The translations under genes and the position numbers were made by a program. Under the pieces are notes generated by a model, which searched no databases, had not been told where the DNA came from, and saw only the letters and a list, made by a program, of their open reading frames with translations. A stretch of DNA of 64,000 nucleotides, taken from the NCBI GenBank assembly GCA_964609075.1, contig CAZSQP010000001.1, forward strand, positions 97,593-161,592. Direction: 5' to 3'. Positions 1-9,651 of the stretch are shown here, in pieces (position 1 is the stretch's first letter; every line of letters begins with the position of its first letter). Source of the DNA: an uncultured Candidatus Saccharibacteria bacterium (GTDB lineage: Bacteria; Patescibacteriota; Minisyncoccia; Minisyncoccales; GWA2-38-27).

Positions 1-1091
1 CCTGAAGAAATTACTTCTATAATAGGAAGATTATGAGTTTTAGCAAAGTCATAATCTCTTTGATCATGAGCTGGAACTGCCATTATAGCTCCTGTACCAT
101 AGTGGGGCAGAACATAGTCTGCCACAAAAACAGAAATCTCTCTTTTATTGACGGGATTTACAGCTTTAAATCCTTTTACCTCAACTCCTGTTTTTTCTGT
201 TATCTCAGCTATTCTTTCTCTTTCTGACTTCTGTTTTGATTCTTTAATATATTCTTCAACCCTCTCTTTATTCTCTATTTTATCTTTTAATTCCAACAAA
301 ACAGGATTTTCCGGAGCTAAAACTAAATAAGTGGCTCCGAATAGAGTATCCGGTCTTGTTGTAAATACAGGAACTTTAAAGCCTGAAACTTCAAAATTTA
401 TCTCAGCCCCTTCGCTCCTTCCTATCCACTCTTTCTGTAAAATCTTAACTCTTTCAGGATAATCTACCTTATCCAAATCATCTATTAACCTGTCAGCGTA
501 ATCTGTAATCTTTAATATCCATTGCTCTTTTTCTTTTCTCACAACCTTCTCCCCGCATCTCTCACATTTCCCGTCCACTACTTCTTCATTAGCCAAACCT
601 ATCTTGCAGGAAGGACACCAGTTTATAGGCATTTTGGACTTGTAGGCCAAGCCCTTTTTAAACAATTGGATAAATATCCACTGGGTCCACTTGTAATAGG
701 AAGGATCTGTAGTATTTATCTCCCTTGAAAAGTCAAAAGAAAGACCAAGACTCTTTTCTTGTCTTTTAAAAACCTCTGTATTTTTCTCTGTAGCTTTTCT
801 GGGATGAACTCCCGTCTTTATAGCGTAGTTTTCAGTAGGAAGCCCAAAAGCATCCCATCCCATGGGAAATAAAACATTAAATCCCTCCATTCTCTTTTTC
901 CTGGCTATCACATCCATTCCTACATAGCTTCTGCAGTGTCCCACGTGAAGACCGGAGCCTGAGGGATAAGGAAACTCAACTAAAACGTAAAATTTCTCTT
1001 TTGAAGACTTATCTGAAGCTTTAAAAGCTTCCTTTTCTTCCCATTCTTTCTGCCATTTCTTCTCTATTTTATGAGGGTTGTATTTTTTCAT
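1..1091 (-). CDS. leuS: Leucyl-tRNA synthetase, N-terminal part; the C-terminus runs off the window start
   Basis: My translation from ATG (rc of 1089-1091) reads [19 protein letters not shown]...[18 protein letters not shown] (HIGH-type motif)...[16 protein letters not shown], typical of LeuRS. The frame stays open to position 1. It is absent from the ORF track because no stop lies in the window. Confidence 0.9.
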   Translation of the reverse strand, partial: MKKYNPHKIEKKWQKEWEEKEAFKASDKSSKEKFYVLVEFPYPSGSGLHVGHCRSYVGMDVIARKKRMEGFNVLFPMGWDAFGLPTENYAIKTGVHPRKATEKNTEVFKRQEKSLGLSFDFSREINTTDPSYYKWTQWIFIQLFKKGLAYKSKMPINWCPSCKIGLANEEVVDGKCERCGEKVVRKEKEQWILKITDYADRLIDDLDKVDYPERVKILQKEWIGRSEGAEINFEVSGFKVPVFTTRPDTLFGATYLVLAPENPVLLELKDKIENKERVEEYIKESKQKSERERIAEITEKTGVEVKGFKAVNPVNKREISVFVADYVLPHYGTGAIMAVPAHDQRDYDFAKTHNLPIIEVISS

Positions 1092-1213
1092 AATTCAATT
1101 CTTAATCATATCATATTTTAAATCTTTCTAAAAACCAATTCCAATATTGACAAATTAAAGTAAAAATGTATAATAAAAGAAACTTTGAACCTTAACAAGG
1201 AAAGGAAGAAAGA

Positions 1214-1684
1214 ATGAAAACGAAGAGAAGATTCACTCTGATATGGCGATGGTCTCTGGTTACGGCCGGAGCAATCGCTCTGTTCTGGGCGGTTTGGTAC
1301 CTTATATTCAACGAGGTACCGTCAACTCAGTCTGTATTCATCCTACCACCTGACAATATAAGGCTCCCTTTTGAAATATCCCGTTGGTGGGATATTCTAA
1401 TCGGGCCCATTTGGTCTTCTATCTTTATCTTGTTGATTCTCAGAAAATACGAAACGGATATTAAAGCTTTATTCTCCATTTTTTGGGGATTATCTCTCCT
1501 TCTTGGAATACTGTCTGGGTTAGCAGAAGGCTTACTCTATTTAGGACTTTACTTGGGTGTCGCATTAGCGTTCGGGCTTTTCGTTATTGCTATTGTTATA
1601 GCTTTAGCTTTAGCAATACTGTTTACTGATCTTTTCCCAAACTCAATTTGGCCCAGAGTTAAAAGATGGCTTTTGGCCAAATAA
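1214..1684 (+). CDS. Hypothetical multi-pass membrane protein
   Basis: 156-aa ORF with about four hydrophobic segments, followed by a terminator hairpin. No family recognised. Confidence 0.5.
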   Translation: MKTKRRFTLIWRWSLVTAGAIALFWAVWYLIFNEVPSTQSVFILPPDNIRLPFEISRWWDILIGPIWSSIFILLILRKYETDIKALFSIFWGLSLLLGILSGLAEGLLYLGLYLGVALAFGLFVIAIVIALALAILFTDLFPNSIWPRVKRWLLAK

Positions 1685-1692
1685 AAATATAG

Positions 1693-1721
1693 AGACCTGT
1701 TCTAAGAGCAGGTCTTTTTTT
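1693..1721. terminator. Bidirectional intrinsic terminator between convergent genes
   Basis: agacctg/caggtct stem (1693-1699 and 1709-1715) followed by T6 on the + strand. It lies between the 1214-1684 (+) gene and tatD (-). Confidence 0.6.
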
Positions 1722-2532
1722 AAATTTTAAATAGACTCCTAGTATTATCAAAAGTAACCTCTGAAACCTTCTCAAAAGAAACGCCTTTTAATTTAGCTAT
1801 CTTCTCTATTACATATTTTACAAAAAGAGGCTCGTTTCTTTTAGAAGAAGCTCTAGGAGGAGTTAAATAAGGACAGTCTGTTTCAACTAATATTTTTTCT
1901 AAAGGAATGTTTTTAATAACTTCATCCAAATCCATCTTAAATATTATCCCGTTAAAACCTATAAAGTATCCCAAATCAATATATTTCCTTGCCTGTTCTA
2001 AATCTCCTGTAAAACAATGAATTACCCCTTTGTATCTGCCTAAAGAAGAAAGAAGATCTTCATGAGCCATTCTACAGTGTACTATAACAGGAAGATCCAA
2101 TTCTTCAGCTAAAGCAACTTGTTTTAAAAAAACTTCTTTCTGTTTTTCTTTAAACAAAGAAAGCTTTCTTTTGGTTTTAGGACGATAATAATAATCCAAA
2201 CCTATTTCCCCTATAGCTATAACTTTTTCAGAAGAGGCTAAAGATCTGTATCTTTCAGCTTCAAAATTTTCCCCTGACGTTTTAAAAGCACCCTCCTCAG
2301 GATCTGTCCTAATTTTCATTAAATCAGGAGTGGCATGCATAGGATGAAGACCTACAGAAGCGTAGACTCCCTCCTTGTATCTTTCCGCTATTTCAACTGC
2401 TTTCTCGCTAGTTTCGTACTTGGTGCCAACATTTATCATCCAAAAGTCATTTTCAAGACAATTATTAATTACTTTTCCTCTGTCTTTTTCAAATGCTTTA
2501 AAATTAAGATGAGCGTGAGAATCTATTATCAT
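1720..2532 (-). CDS. tatD: TatD-family metal-dependent hydrolase (DNase)
   Basis: N-terminal MIIDSHAHLNF, internal GEIGLDYYY, VIVHCR and ETDCPYL motifs typical of the TatD/YcfH family. Confidence 0.85.
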   Translation of the reverse strand: MIIDSHAHLNFKAFEKDRGKVINNCLENDFWMINVGTKYETSEKAVEIAERYKEGVYASVGLHPMHATPDLMKIRTDPEEGAFKTSGENFEAERYRSLASSEKVIAIGEIGLDYYYRPKTKRKLSLFKEKQKEVFLKQVALAEELDLPVIVHCRMAHEDLLSSLGRYKGVIHCFTGDLEQARKYIDLGYFIGFNGIIFKMDLDEVIKNIPLEKILVETDCPYLTPPRASSKRNEPLFVKYVIEKIAKLKGVSFEKVSEVTFDNTRSLFKI

Positions 2533-2580
2533 AATTATTCATCATAGCGAAATAAAGAGCTTGTTTCAAATAACAGAACT

Positions 2581-2610
2581 AAAATAAAAAAGCGCTCAAA
2601 AGAGAGCGCT
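2581..2610 (-). terminator. Intrinsic terminator of the small zinc-ribbon ORF
   Basis: Perfect 7-bp stem agcgctc/gagcgct (2591-2597 and 2604-2610). On the - strand it is followed by TTTTTATTTT. Confidence 0.7.
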
Positions 2611-2616
2611 GATAAT

Positions 2617-2751
2617 TTAACGTCGAGGACGGGAAACCTTCCCCTTTTTCATTTTTCCGCAAGTCATACACCTTCCGTTTTTTGTCTCTGTTTTTCTTCC
2701 GCAATTACTGCAATATCTCTTGTGAAGCCTTCTCCTATGATTCGCTCCCAT
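2617..2751 (-). CDS. Small basic zinc-ribbon protein (44 aa), not in the ORF track
   Basis: My translation: MGANHRRRLHKRYCSNCGRKTETKNGRCMTCGKMKKGKVSRPRR*. It has two CxxC pairs, a strong SD (gaaaggagagaagtATG) and its own terminator. Confidence 0.55.
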   Translation of the reverse strand: MGANHRRRLHKRYCSNCGRKTETKNGRCMTCGKMKKGKVSRPRR

Positions 2752-2809
2752 ACTTCTCTCCTTTCTTGTTAAAGACCTATTAAGCAGACTAGCAGAGAAA
2801 AAAGGAAAG

Positions 2810-4228
2810 TCAAGATATCTTAGGAAAAAGAGCTTCTGTTTTTTCTTTTTTTAATCCTTTACTGTCCTTTTCTAATTCTTTTTTAATTTTAAGGGAAGTT
2901 TCCGGCAAAAAGGGATCTAAAAGATTTGATATTTTATCTAAAATATTCAAAAGACGCCCCAAAATCTCGGGAGAGTTTCCCTCCCAGGGCTTTTCTTTTT
3001 CTATAAGCTTGTCAGAAAAACTGATAAGCTTCCAGACAGATTCTAAAGCTCTAGAAAAATTAAACTCTTCTAGGGCTTTATGATACTCTTCTTCTCTTTT
3101 TTTAATCTCTTCATCTTCTGAATTATATTCCTTAAAACCCTTTTTTGAAGCCATACTTTTTACTCGAGCCAAAAGATTTCCTATACCAGAAGCCAAATCT
3201 CCATTATATCTTTTCTCAAACTTATCATAAGAAAAATCTCCGTCCTGAGTAGAAGGAATCTCCTTTAAAAGATAATACCTTACAGGATCTGTCCCGTATT
3301 TTTTAACTAATTCAAAAGGATCTATGACATTTCCCAAGCTCTTGGACATCTTCTGACCTTCCACAGAGATAAAACCGTGGACAAAAAGCTTCTTTGGAAG
3401 CTCTAAATCTAAAGAGAGAAGAATACCAGGCCAGATTAAAGAATGAAACTTTAAAATATCTTTTCCTATACAGTGAACATCAGCTGGCCAATAATCTTTT
3501 AATCTCTTTTCGTCTTCTGCGTATCCTATAGCTGAGATATAGTTAATCAAAGCGTCCGCCCAGACATAAATTGTCTGGCTTGGATCATCTGGTACAGGAA
3601 TACCCCACTTCAAGTCCTTACTGGGACGGGAGAAGCTTACATCCTCCAATCCCTGTTTTATAAAGCCCAGAACTTCGTTCTTTTTAGTCTCAGGAATTAT
3701 TCTAAGCTCGTCTTTTTCTACGGCTTTTTTAATTTTATCTGAATACTTAGAAAGACGGAAAAAATAGTTTTCTTCTTCTACAATTTCGGGTTCTTTTTTA
3801 TGAACAACGCACTTTCCATTAACTAAATCCTTTTTAGTAATAAAAGCTTCACAACCTGTACAATAAAGCCCTTCATATTTTTTCTTGTATATATCTCCGT
3901 TTTCTTTTAATTTTAACCAAACTTTCTTTACAGCAGGCCAATGGACTTTTTGATCTGTAGTCCTTATAAAATAATCTGTGGAAAGATTTAAAACGTCTTT
4001 CAGCTGCCTGAACTTACTTGAAACTTCATCTACAAACTCTTTGGGATCCTTTCCTAATTCCTCTGCTTTCTGAGCCACCTTTCTTCCATGCTCATCCGTT
4101 CCTGTCAAAAAGAAAGAGTCCTTGTTATACCTAGCTAAAACATCTGCTTGAACAGATTCCAAGGCAAACCCTAAATGAGGAAAAGCGTTTGTATAAGCTA
4201 TACTTGTAGTAACGTAAAACTTTTTCAT
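2810..4228 (-). CDS. metG: Methionyl-tRNA synthetase
   Basis: Class I aaRS. It has N-terminal YVTTSIAYTNAFPHLG, a CxxC zinc knuckle (YCTGCEAF...GKCVVH) and KMSKSLGN. Confidence 0.9.
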   Translation of the reverse strand: MKKFYVTTSIAYTNAFPHLGFALESVQADVLARYNKDSFFLTGTDEHGRKVAQKAEELGKDPKEFVDEVSSKFRQLKDVLNLSTDYFIRTTDQKVHWPAVKKVWLKLKENGDIYKKKYEGLYCTGCEAFITKKDLVNGKCVVHKKEPEIVEEENYFFRLSKYSDKIKKAVEKDELRIIPETKKNEVLGFIKQGLEDVSFSRPSKDLKWGIPVPDDPSQTIYVWADALINYISAIGYAEDEKRLKDYWPADVHCIGKDILKFHSLIWPGILLSLDLELPKKLFVHGFISVEGQKMSKSLGNVIDPFELVKKYGTDPVRYYLLKEIPSTQDGDFSYDKFEKRYNGDLASGIGNLLARVKSMASKKGFKEYNSEDEEIKKREEEYHKALEEFNFSRALESVWKLISFSDKLIEKEKPWEGNSPEILGRLLNILDKISNLLDPFLPETSLKIKKELEKDSKGLKKEKTEALFPKIS

Positions 4229-4278
4229 AATTAAAAGGCCTTTCTTCGTTCTACCACAAAAAAGGCCCTATTAAAAGA

Positions 4279-5313
4279 CTATTTAACGGTTTCTGCTTCC
4301 TGTTCTTTCTTTTTTTGTAAGAATTCTTTTGTAAACTCAAATATAATGCCAGCCAAAGGAATAACTAGAATAGCTCCCAAAACTCCCCATAATTTACCTC
4401 CTATTACCAAGGAAACAATAACTAAAGCTGGGGGAAGGCCTGTGATCTTCTTCATTAAAATAGGAGAAACAATGTTTCCTTCTACCTGCTGAATTAAGAC
4501 AAAAGCTATTAAAACGAAGACAGCTTTTAATATACTTATAGGAAAGAGTATTAAAAAGAGAAGAACTCCGGTAATAGCAGCTCCGATGTAAGGAATAAAG
4601 TTCAAAGCTCCAGCCAAAAGAGCCAAGGTAAAAGGGTAGTTTACATTAAACAAGACAAAGGTGATGTAAGCTGCTACCCCTACAAAAAGACAAGCTAAAA
4701 TTCTAGCTCCAAACCAGCCAGCTACCTTGTTTCTGACATCCCCCCAGATAGTCAAAGCTTGAGCTTCGTATTTTTTGGGAAAGATAAGAAATATTACTCT
4801 TTCAGCCAAACTCTTTTCAGCTGAAAGAAAGAAAGCTGTGGTAATAACAAATAAAGTGGTAGATACGCCTCCAAAAAAGGTAAACAAAACATTCATAATA
4901 TTGTTTGCCATTTTCTCTAAAGTGGAACCGAAAGACTGGACAAAGGTTTCAAAATCAGAAAAAGCAGAAAAACCTAACCCTTTTAAAGGAGGAGATATCT
5001 TTTCAAAGTAAAGAGGAAGAACTTTTACGAACTCTCTTATCTCATGAGAAAAGAGAGGAACTATTAAATAGACTAGTAAACTAAAAATACCGAGAATGCC
5101 AACATAGATAAAAACTACAGCTATTATCCTGGGAATTCTCAGTTTTCTGTATAGAAACTCAATAGCAGGATTAAATAAAACTGAAATTATTAAAGCGAAG
5201 ATAAACCAGACAAAAATATCTCTAATAGCAAAAAGCAGATAAAAAACTATTATAGCTATAGATATCTTGAAAATAGTTTCCCAAGATATATCTAGTATCT
5301 TTTGACTATTCAT
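4279..5313 (-). CDS. AI-2E (PerM) family transporter
   Basis: 344 aa, about 8 TM segments, with a conserved-looking QQVEGNIVSPILM motif. Confidence 0.75.
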   Translation of the reverse strand: MNSQKILDISWETIFKISIAIIVFYLLFAIRDIFVWFIFALIISVLFNPAIEFLYRKLRIPRIIAVVFIYVGILGIFSLLVYLIVPLFSHEIREFVKVLPLYFEKISPPLKGLGFSAFSDFETFVQSFGSTLEKMANNIMNVLFTFFGGVSTTLFVITTAFFLSAEKSLAERVIFLIFPKKYEAQALTIWGDVRNKVAGWFGARILACLFVGVAAYITFVLFNVNYPFTLALLAGALNFIPYIGAAITGVLLFLILFPISILKAVFVLIAFVLIQQVEGNIVSPILMKKITGLPPALVIVSLVIGGKLWGVLGAILVIPLAGIIFEFTKEFLQKKKEQEAETVK

Positions 5314-6574
5314 TTAAAATGTCTTCAAACTTCTTTTTATTCTTAAAAGGTCCTATTAAGGCCAAATTTAGCTTCTCTGGCTTAAAAATATCTTGAGCAA
5401 GTTCTTTAATATCATCAACCCCTACTTTATTAATTTTATCATAAATACTCTCTGGGGTTAAAAGTCTTCCTTCTAGAATCTCCTGAACACTGTAAAAGGA
5501 AGCTAAAGCGTCAGAGGTCTCCAAGCCTAAAGCCAATTTCCCCTTTAAATTCTCCTTTGCTTTTTCAAGCTCTTTTGTAGGAACCCCTTTTTTGATTTCC
5601 TGATACTCTTTTAAAATAGCAGAAACTGCTTTTTCTGCGCTTTTGTTATCCACTCCTGCTTGAGATACTAAATAACCTGAATCAGGGTCTGAAGAAGACT
5701 GACAGTTGATATAGTAAGCAAGGCCAAGTTCCTGACGCACTTTACGAAACAATCTAGAACTCATCATTCCTCCCAAGAGAGCAGCCAAAACCTTCTGAGG
5801 ATATCTTTGAGGAGAAGAAAGATTGTACCCTCTTACCCCCAGGCAAAGATGAGTTTGGTCTGTTTTCCTCTGCTCCAATAAAATACCGGGCTTCTCTTGA
5901 CCTTCTATCACTTCAGGTTTTTTAAAAGTCTTTTCTTCTTTTCTCTCAGAAAACTTCTTCTCTACCTTTTTAGATATTTCGGGAATACCTTCTGGAAGGT
6001 TCCCAGCTGCACAAACAACTGTATTAGAAGTTGTATACTGACCTTTAAAATAATTAACTATCTGATTCCGAGTAAGATCAGAAACTCCTTCTTTGGTTCC
6101 GGCAATATCCCATCCTGCAGGCTGATCTCCGTATAAAACATTAGTCCATAAAGATTGGACATGATGCATAGGGTGATCATGATACATATTTATCTCCTCT
6201 AGAACGACTTTCTTTTCTTTTTTAATTTCTTTTAGATCAAACTTAGAGTTTAGATAAATATCAGAGAGAATATTCAAAGCTAAATCAAAGTAGTCAGCTC
6301 TTGCTTTAATGTAATAACCTGTATATTCTTGTCCTGTAAAAGCATTGTAAACGCCCCCTATTCTGTCCAAGGGTTCTACTACAGCAAGCTGATTTGGTCT
6401 CTTTTTAGTTCCCTTGAACATCAGATGTTCTAAAAGATGAGAAATACCACTTATTTCTTTTTTCTCGTATTTAGAGCCCGTAGCAACCAAAACAAGAAGG
6501 GTAACAGCTTTTGTCCCCTTCTGAGAAATAGGAATAAATCTTAAACCGTTTTTAAACTTTAGTGTTTTTGGCAT
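5306..6574 (-). CDS. M16 (pitrilysin) family zinc peptidase
   Basis: Inverted zinc motif HLLEHLMFKG (HxxEH) near the N-terminus. 422 aa. Confidence 0.8.
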   Translation of the reverse strand: MPKTLKFKNGLRFIPISQKGTKAVTLLVLVATGSKYEKKEISGISHLLEHLMFKGTKKRPNQLAVVEPLDRIGGVYNAFTGQEYTGYYIKARADYFDLALNILSDIYLNSKFDLKEIKKEKKVVLEEINMYHDHPMHHVQSLWTNVLYGDQPAGWDIAGTKEGVSDLTRNQIVNYFKGQYTTSNTVVCAAGNLPEGIPEISKKVEKKFSERKEEKTFKKPEVIEGQEKPGILLEQRKTDQTHLCLGVRGYNLSSPQRYPQKVLAALLGGMMSSRLFRKVRQELGLAYYINCQSSSDPDSGYLVSQAGVDNKSAEKAVSAILKEYQEIKKGVPTKELEKAKENLKGKLALGLETSDALASFYSVQEILEGRLLTPESIYDKINKVGVDDIKELAQDIFKPEKLNLALIGPFKNKKKFEDILNE

Positions 6575-7244
6575 CTTTAAACATTCCTTTTCTTTTTAAT
6601 ATCATAAACCTCACCTTAACAAGCTGCTTATACATTCTTAATCTTGCCTTAAAGCCATGCCAGAATCCCCACTTCTCTTCTTTTATGGCAATGCTAAGCC
6701 CTTTCAGCTTAACATAAGAAACACGGAGATTATTAACTAGACAATAATAATCTAAAGCAGTCTCTACCATAAATCCTTTCATAAAATACTTAGGAACTCT
6801 TTCAAAAACAAATCTCTTCATAGCCCTTTCCCCTGCTATAGCCAAAAGAGGATCAATCTTTATAGCAAGTCTAGATAAAAACCCCCATCCTTTTCTATCT
6901 CTTATGGCAACACACATTTCAGCTTTATCATTCAAAACAGGTTTTATTAACAAAGAAGCGTGATCTGGAGTAAGGTTCTTTAAGTCAGCGTCAAAAAAAG
7001 AAACAATATCAGCATCAGTTCTTTTAACACCCTCTATCATAGCGTTAGCTTTCCCCCCTCCTCCTTTTTTAGTCAATCTTACTACTTTAGCTCCAACTTC
7101 TTCCCCAATTTCAGGAGTTCTGTCTTCTGAACCATCGTCTATTAGCATTACCTCGTCAATATCGGGACAATCCAAAAGAGCCCTGAGAACACTTCCCACA
7201 TTGTCTTCCTCGTTTAAAGCTGGAACTATAGCTATAGTTTTCAT
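6552..7244 (-). CDS. Family 2 glycosyltransferase
   Basis: IVPALNEE...LIDDGSEDRT...FFDADL (DxD) pattern of the GT-A fold. Confidence 0.7.
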   Translation of the reverse strand: MKTIAIVPALNEEDNVGSVLRALLDCPDIDEVMLIDDGSEDRTPEIGEEVGAKVVRLTKKGGGGKANAMIEGVKRTDADIVSFFDADLKNLTPDHASLLIKPVLNDKAEMCVAIRDRKGWGFLSRLAIKIDPLLAIAGERAMKRFVFERVPKYFMKGFMVETALDYYCLVNNLRVSYVKLKGLSIAIKEEKWGFWHGFKARLRMYKQLVKVRFMILKRKGMFKDAKNTKV

Positions 7245-8551
7245 AGCTTATCTCTTAAAAATTCTAAAAGGCTTAAAATCTTAATCCTCTCCTGTTTCAT
7301 AGTATCTCTGTTTCTTACTGTAACAGAATCATCCTCTAAAGTATCAAAATCGACTGTAATGCAGAATAAAGTCCCTATTTCATCTTGCCTCCTGTATCTT
7401 CTTCCGATGGAACCTCCTTCGTCATATTGAGAAGCAAAATGAGGTTTTATTATATTATAAACTTCTTTAGCCTTCTTAACCACTTCAGGCTTGTTTTTAA
7501 CTAAAGGAAGAACGGCTGTTTTAACTGGAGCTAAATTTTTATCAATCCTTAAAACTATTTCTTTATCTCCTTTCTTTGCTCTTCCCCCCTTAACTTCTTT
7601 GTAAGCTGAGCATAAGAAGGCAAACAGGCTTCTTTCGACTCCTACAGATGTCTCTATAACATAAGGGAAGTATTTCTCCCCTGTCTTATCATCCGTATAA
7701 CTTAAGTCTTCTCCTGAATACTTGGAATGATTGGAGAGATCCCAATCCCCCCTGTTGTGTATTCCTTCTATCTCTTTCCACCCGAAAGGAAACTTGTATT
7801 CAATATCTACAGCTTTTTTAGCATAGTGAGCAAGCTCATCTTTTTCAATCTCTTTTGCCCTTATATCTTTCTTTTCAATTCCTAAATTATAATACCAATT
7901 CAATCTTTCTTTTTTCCAGTAATTAAAGAATTGAGAAGCTTTTTTAGGGTGGCAGAACCATTGCATTTCCATCTGTTCAAACTCTCGGGTCCTGTAGATA
8001 AAGTTTTTAGGCGTAATTTCGTTTCTAAAAGCTTTTCCTATTTGAGCTATTCCAAAAGGAACCTTCTGTCTCATAGATTGGACTACGTTCTTAAAGTTAA
8101 CATATATTCCCTGACAGGTTTCAGCTCTTAAATATGCTTGAGAAGCTTCGTCTTCCAAAGGCCCTACAAAAGTCTTCATCATCAAATTAAAGTCGCGAGG
8201 CTCAGTTAACTCTCCTCCGCAGTCAGGACAGACGTTTTTACCCAAGTGATCTTTTCTAAAACGATGATGGCACTTCTTACATTCAACTAATTTATCAGCA
8301 AAACCCGCTGTTAAATGCCCTGAAGCTTTCCAGACTTCAGGATTCATTAAAATGGCAGAATCCAGTCCCACTATATCATCCTGCTTTCTTGTCATCTCCT
8401 CCCACCATCCCTTCTTAATATTTCTTTTCATTTCAGCTCCTAAAGGACCGAAATCATAAGAGGATCCGAATCCCCCGTATATCTCAGAAGAAGGAAAAAC
8501 AAAACCTCTCCTTTTAGAAAAAGATATTATTTTTTCCGTTAGATCTTTCAT
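7241..8551 (-). CDS. glyQS: Glycyl-tRNA synthetase (alpha2 type)
   Basis: Class II motifs including FRNEITPKNFIYRTREFEQME and GVERSLFA, plus a C-terminal anticodon-binding domain. Confidence 0.9.
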   Translation of the reverse strand: MKDLTEKIISFSKRRGFVFPSSEIYGGFGSSYDFGPLGAEMKRNIKKGWWEEMTRKQDDIVGLDSAILMNPEVWKASGHLTAGFADKLVECKKCHHRFRKDHLGKNVCPDCGGELTEPRDFNLMMKTFVGPLEDEASQAYLRAETCQGIYVNFKNVVQSMRQKVPFGIAQIGKAFRNEITPKNFIYRTREFEQMEMQWFCHPKKASQFFNYWKKERLNWYYNLGIEKKDIRAKEIEKDELAHYAKKAVDIEYKFPFGWKEIEGIHNRGDWDLSNHSKYSGEDLSYTDDKTGEKYFPYVIETSVGVERSLFAFLCSAYKEVKGGRAKKGDKEIVLRIDKNLAPVKTAVLPLVKNKPEVVKKAKEVYNIIKPHFASQYDEGGSIGRRYRRQDEIGTLFCITVDFDTLEDDSVTVRNRDTMKQERIKILSLLEFLRDKL

Positions 8552-8575
8552 ATTTATTCATTCTAACTGATTTTA

Positions 8576-8610
8576 AGAAAAAGAAAAAGCCCTATCTCAG
8601 AAGATAGAGC
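8576..8610 (-). terminator. Intrinsic terminator
   Basis: ctatct/agatag stem with a 4-nt loop. On the - strand it is followed by TTTTTCTTTTT. It lies downstream of the 8622-9179 gene. Confidence 0.6.
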
Positions 8611-8621
8611 TTTGATTTCCC

Positions 8622-9179
8622 TTAAAGACCTTCCCACCAATCTCGACGGACACTTAGGACGACAAGATTGCATATTATCCAGAAAGCAATTCCTCCGCTC
8701 ATTGCCTCAACACGTGTGGAATGATAAATTTTTGCCTCAGCAAATCTTTCTCCTTCCTTATGGGAAAACGATCTTATACTTCCTTCCACCCAAAAAGAAA
8801 GAGAATAAAAAGACATTTTGGCAACATAAGTCTTTCTGTCAATCTTTGTAAGATAGTAGACTCTTCTGCCAGAATCCAGGATTATAACAGAGTTTTCAGC
8901 TTTTGGATTAGCAGCAAGACCGGATTCGTATCCTTGAAGAGGAACGAAAACCGCTGTTCCGCTTAAGGAAACTTCTGAAATGTTGACAAAATTCCCATCT
9001 ACCAAATTAACAATAGAAGCTTCCTGAGGAATCCAAATATTCTTAACCTCCTCGTAAGGAATAGAAAAAAAGATGATAGGAAATAGAGAAATTAATGCCA
9101 GAGCAAGCCAAATATAATTTTTAACGTCTCTGTACCATTTCTTTCTCATTTTGACCCTCCTTACCTGGTTCCTTTTCAA
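8622..9179 (-). CDS. Hypothetical membrane-anchored protein
   Basis: 185-aa ORF with hydrophobic segments at both the N- and C-terminus. No family recognised. The true start may be an internal Met (MRKKWY). Confidence 0.4.
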   Translation of the reverse strand: MKRNQVRRVKMRKKWYRDVKNYIWLALALISLFPIIFFSIPYEEVKNIWIPQEASIVNLVDGNFVNISEVSLSGTAVFVPLQGYESGLAANPKAENSVIILDSGRRVYYLTKIDRKTYVAKMSFYSLSFWVEGSIRSFSHKEGERFAEAKIYHSTRVEAMSGGIAFWIICNLVVLSVRRDWWEGL

Positions 9180-9227
9180 AAAGCTATCTATAGTTTATAT
9201 CTGTTTACCGTTTTTGTCAATGTTTCA

Positions 9228-9254
9228 AAATAAAAAGCCCTTTATACTAAGGGC
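9228..9254 (-). terminator. Intrinsic terminator overlapping the ankyrin gene stop
   Basis: gccctt/aagggc stem (9237-9242 and 9249-9254). On the - strand it is followed by TTTTTATTTT. Confidence 0.6.
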
Positions 9255-9585
9255 CCTTATTACTTCTAACTCTTAAAAAGGTGATAACAGATTGAACTGC
9301 TTCTTTTTCTTCTTTAGAAGACGCTGTTCTTAAACGAACTATAGCTGCTTCTTCGGGAGTACGTCCTCCCATGTTTTCTGCAAAAAGTCCAGATCCTGCC
9401 TCTACTAAAATTTTAACCATATTTAAGAAGACGACATAAGGACAATCTTGAACTGCTTTGTGAAGAGCTGTATCTCCTGTATAAAGGACGCATAAAAGAA
9501 GCTCTGGTTTCTTATTTACTAAACTTCTTACTTTTCCGCAACTACCACGCCGAATAGCTTCAAGCAAATTAGCAAGCTCAATCAT
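9247..9585 (-). CDS. Small ankyrin-repeat protein
   Basis: GDTALHKAV...ILVEAGSGLFAENMGGRTPEEAA matches the ANK repeat consensus (G-TALH-A / G-TP). Confidence 0.5.
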   Translation of the reverse strand: MIELANLLEAIRRGSCGKVRSLVNKKPELLLCVLYTGDTALHKAVQDCPYVVFLNMVKILVEAGSGLFAENMGGRTPEEAAIVRLRTASSKEEKEAVQSVITFLRVRSNKGP

Positions 9586-9651
9586 TTTCCTCTCCTTTCT
9601 TAGATTATTGTCAAACTTCTAAATCAAATATACATCTAATAACAAGAAAAA

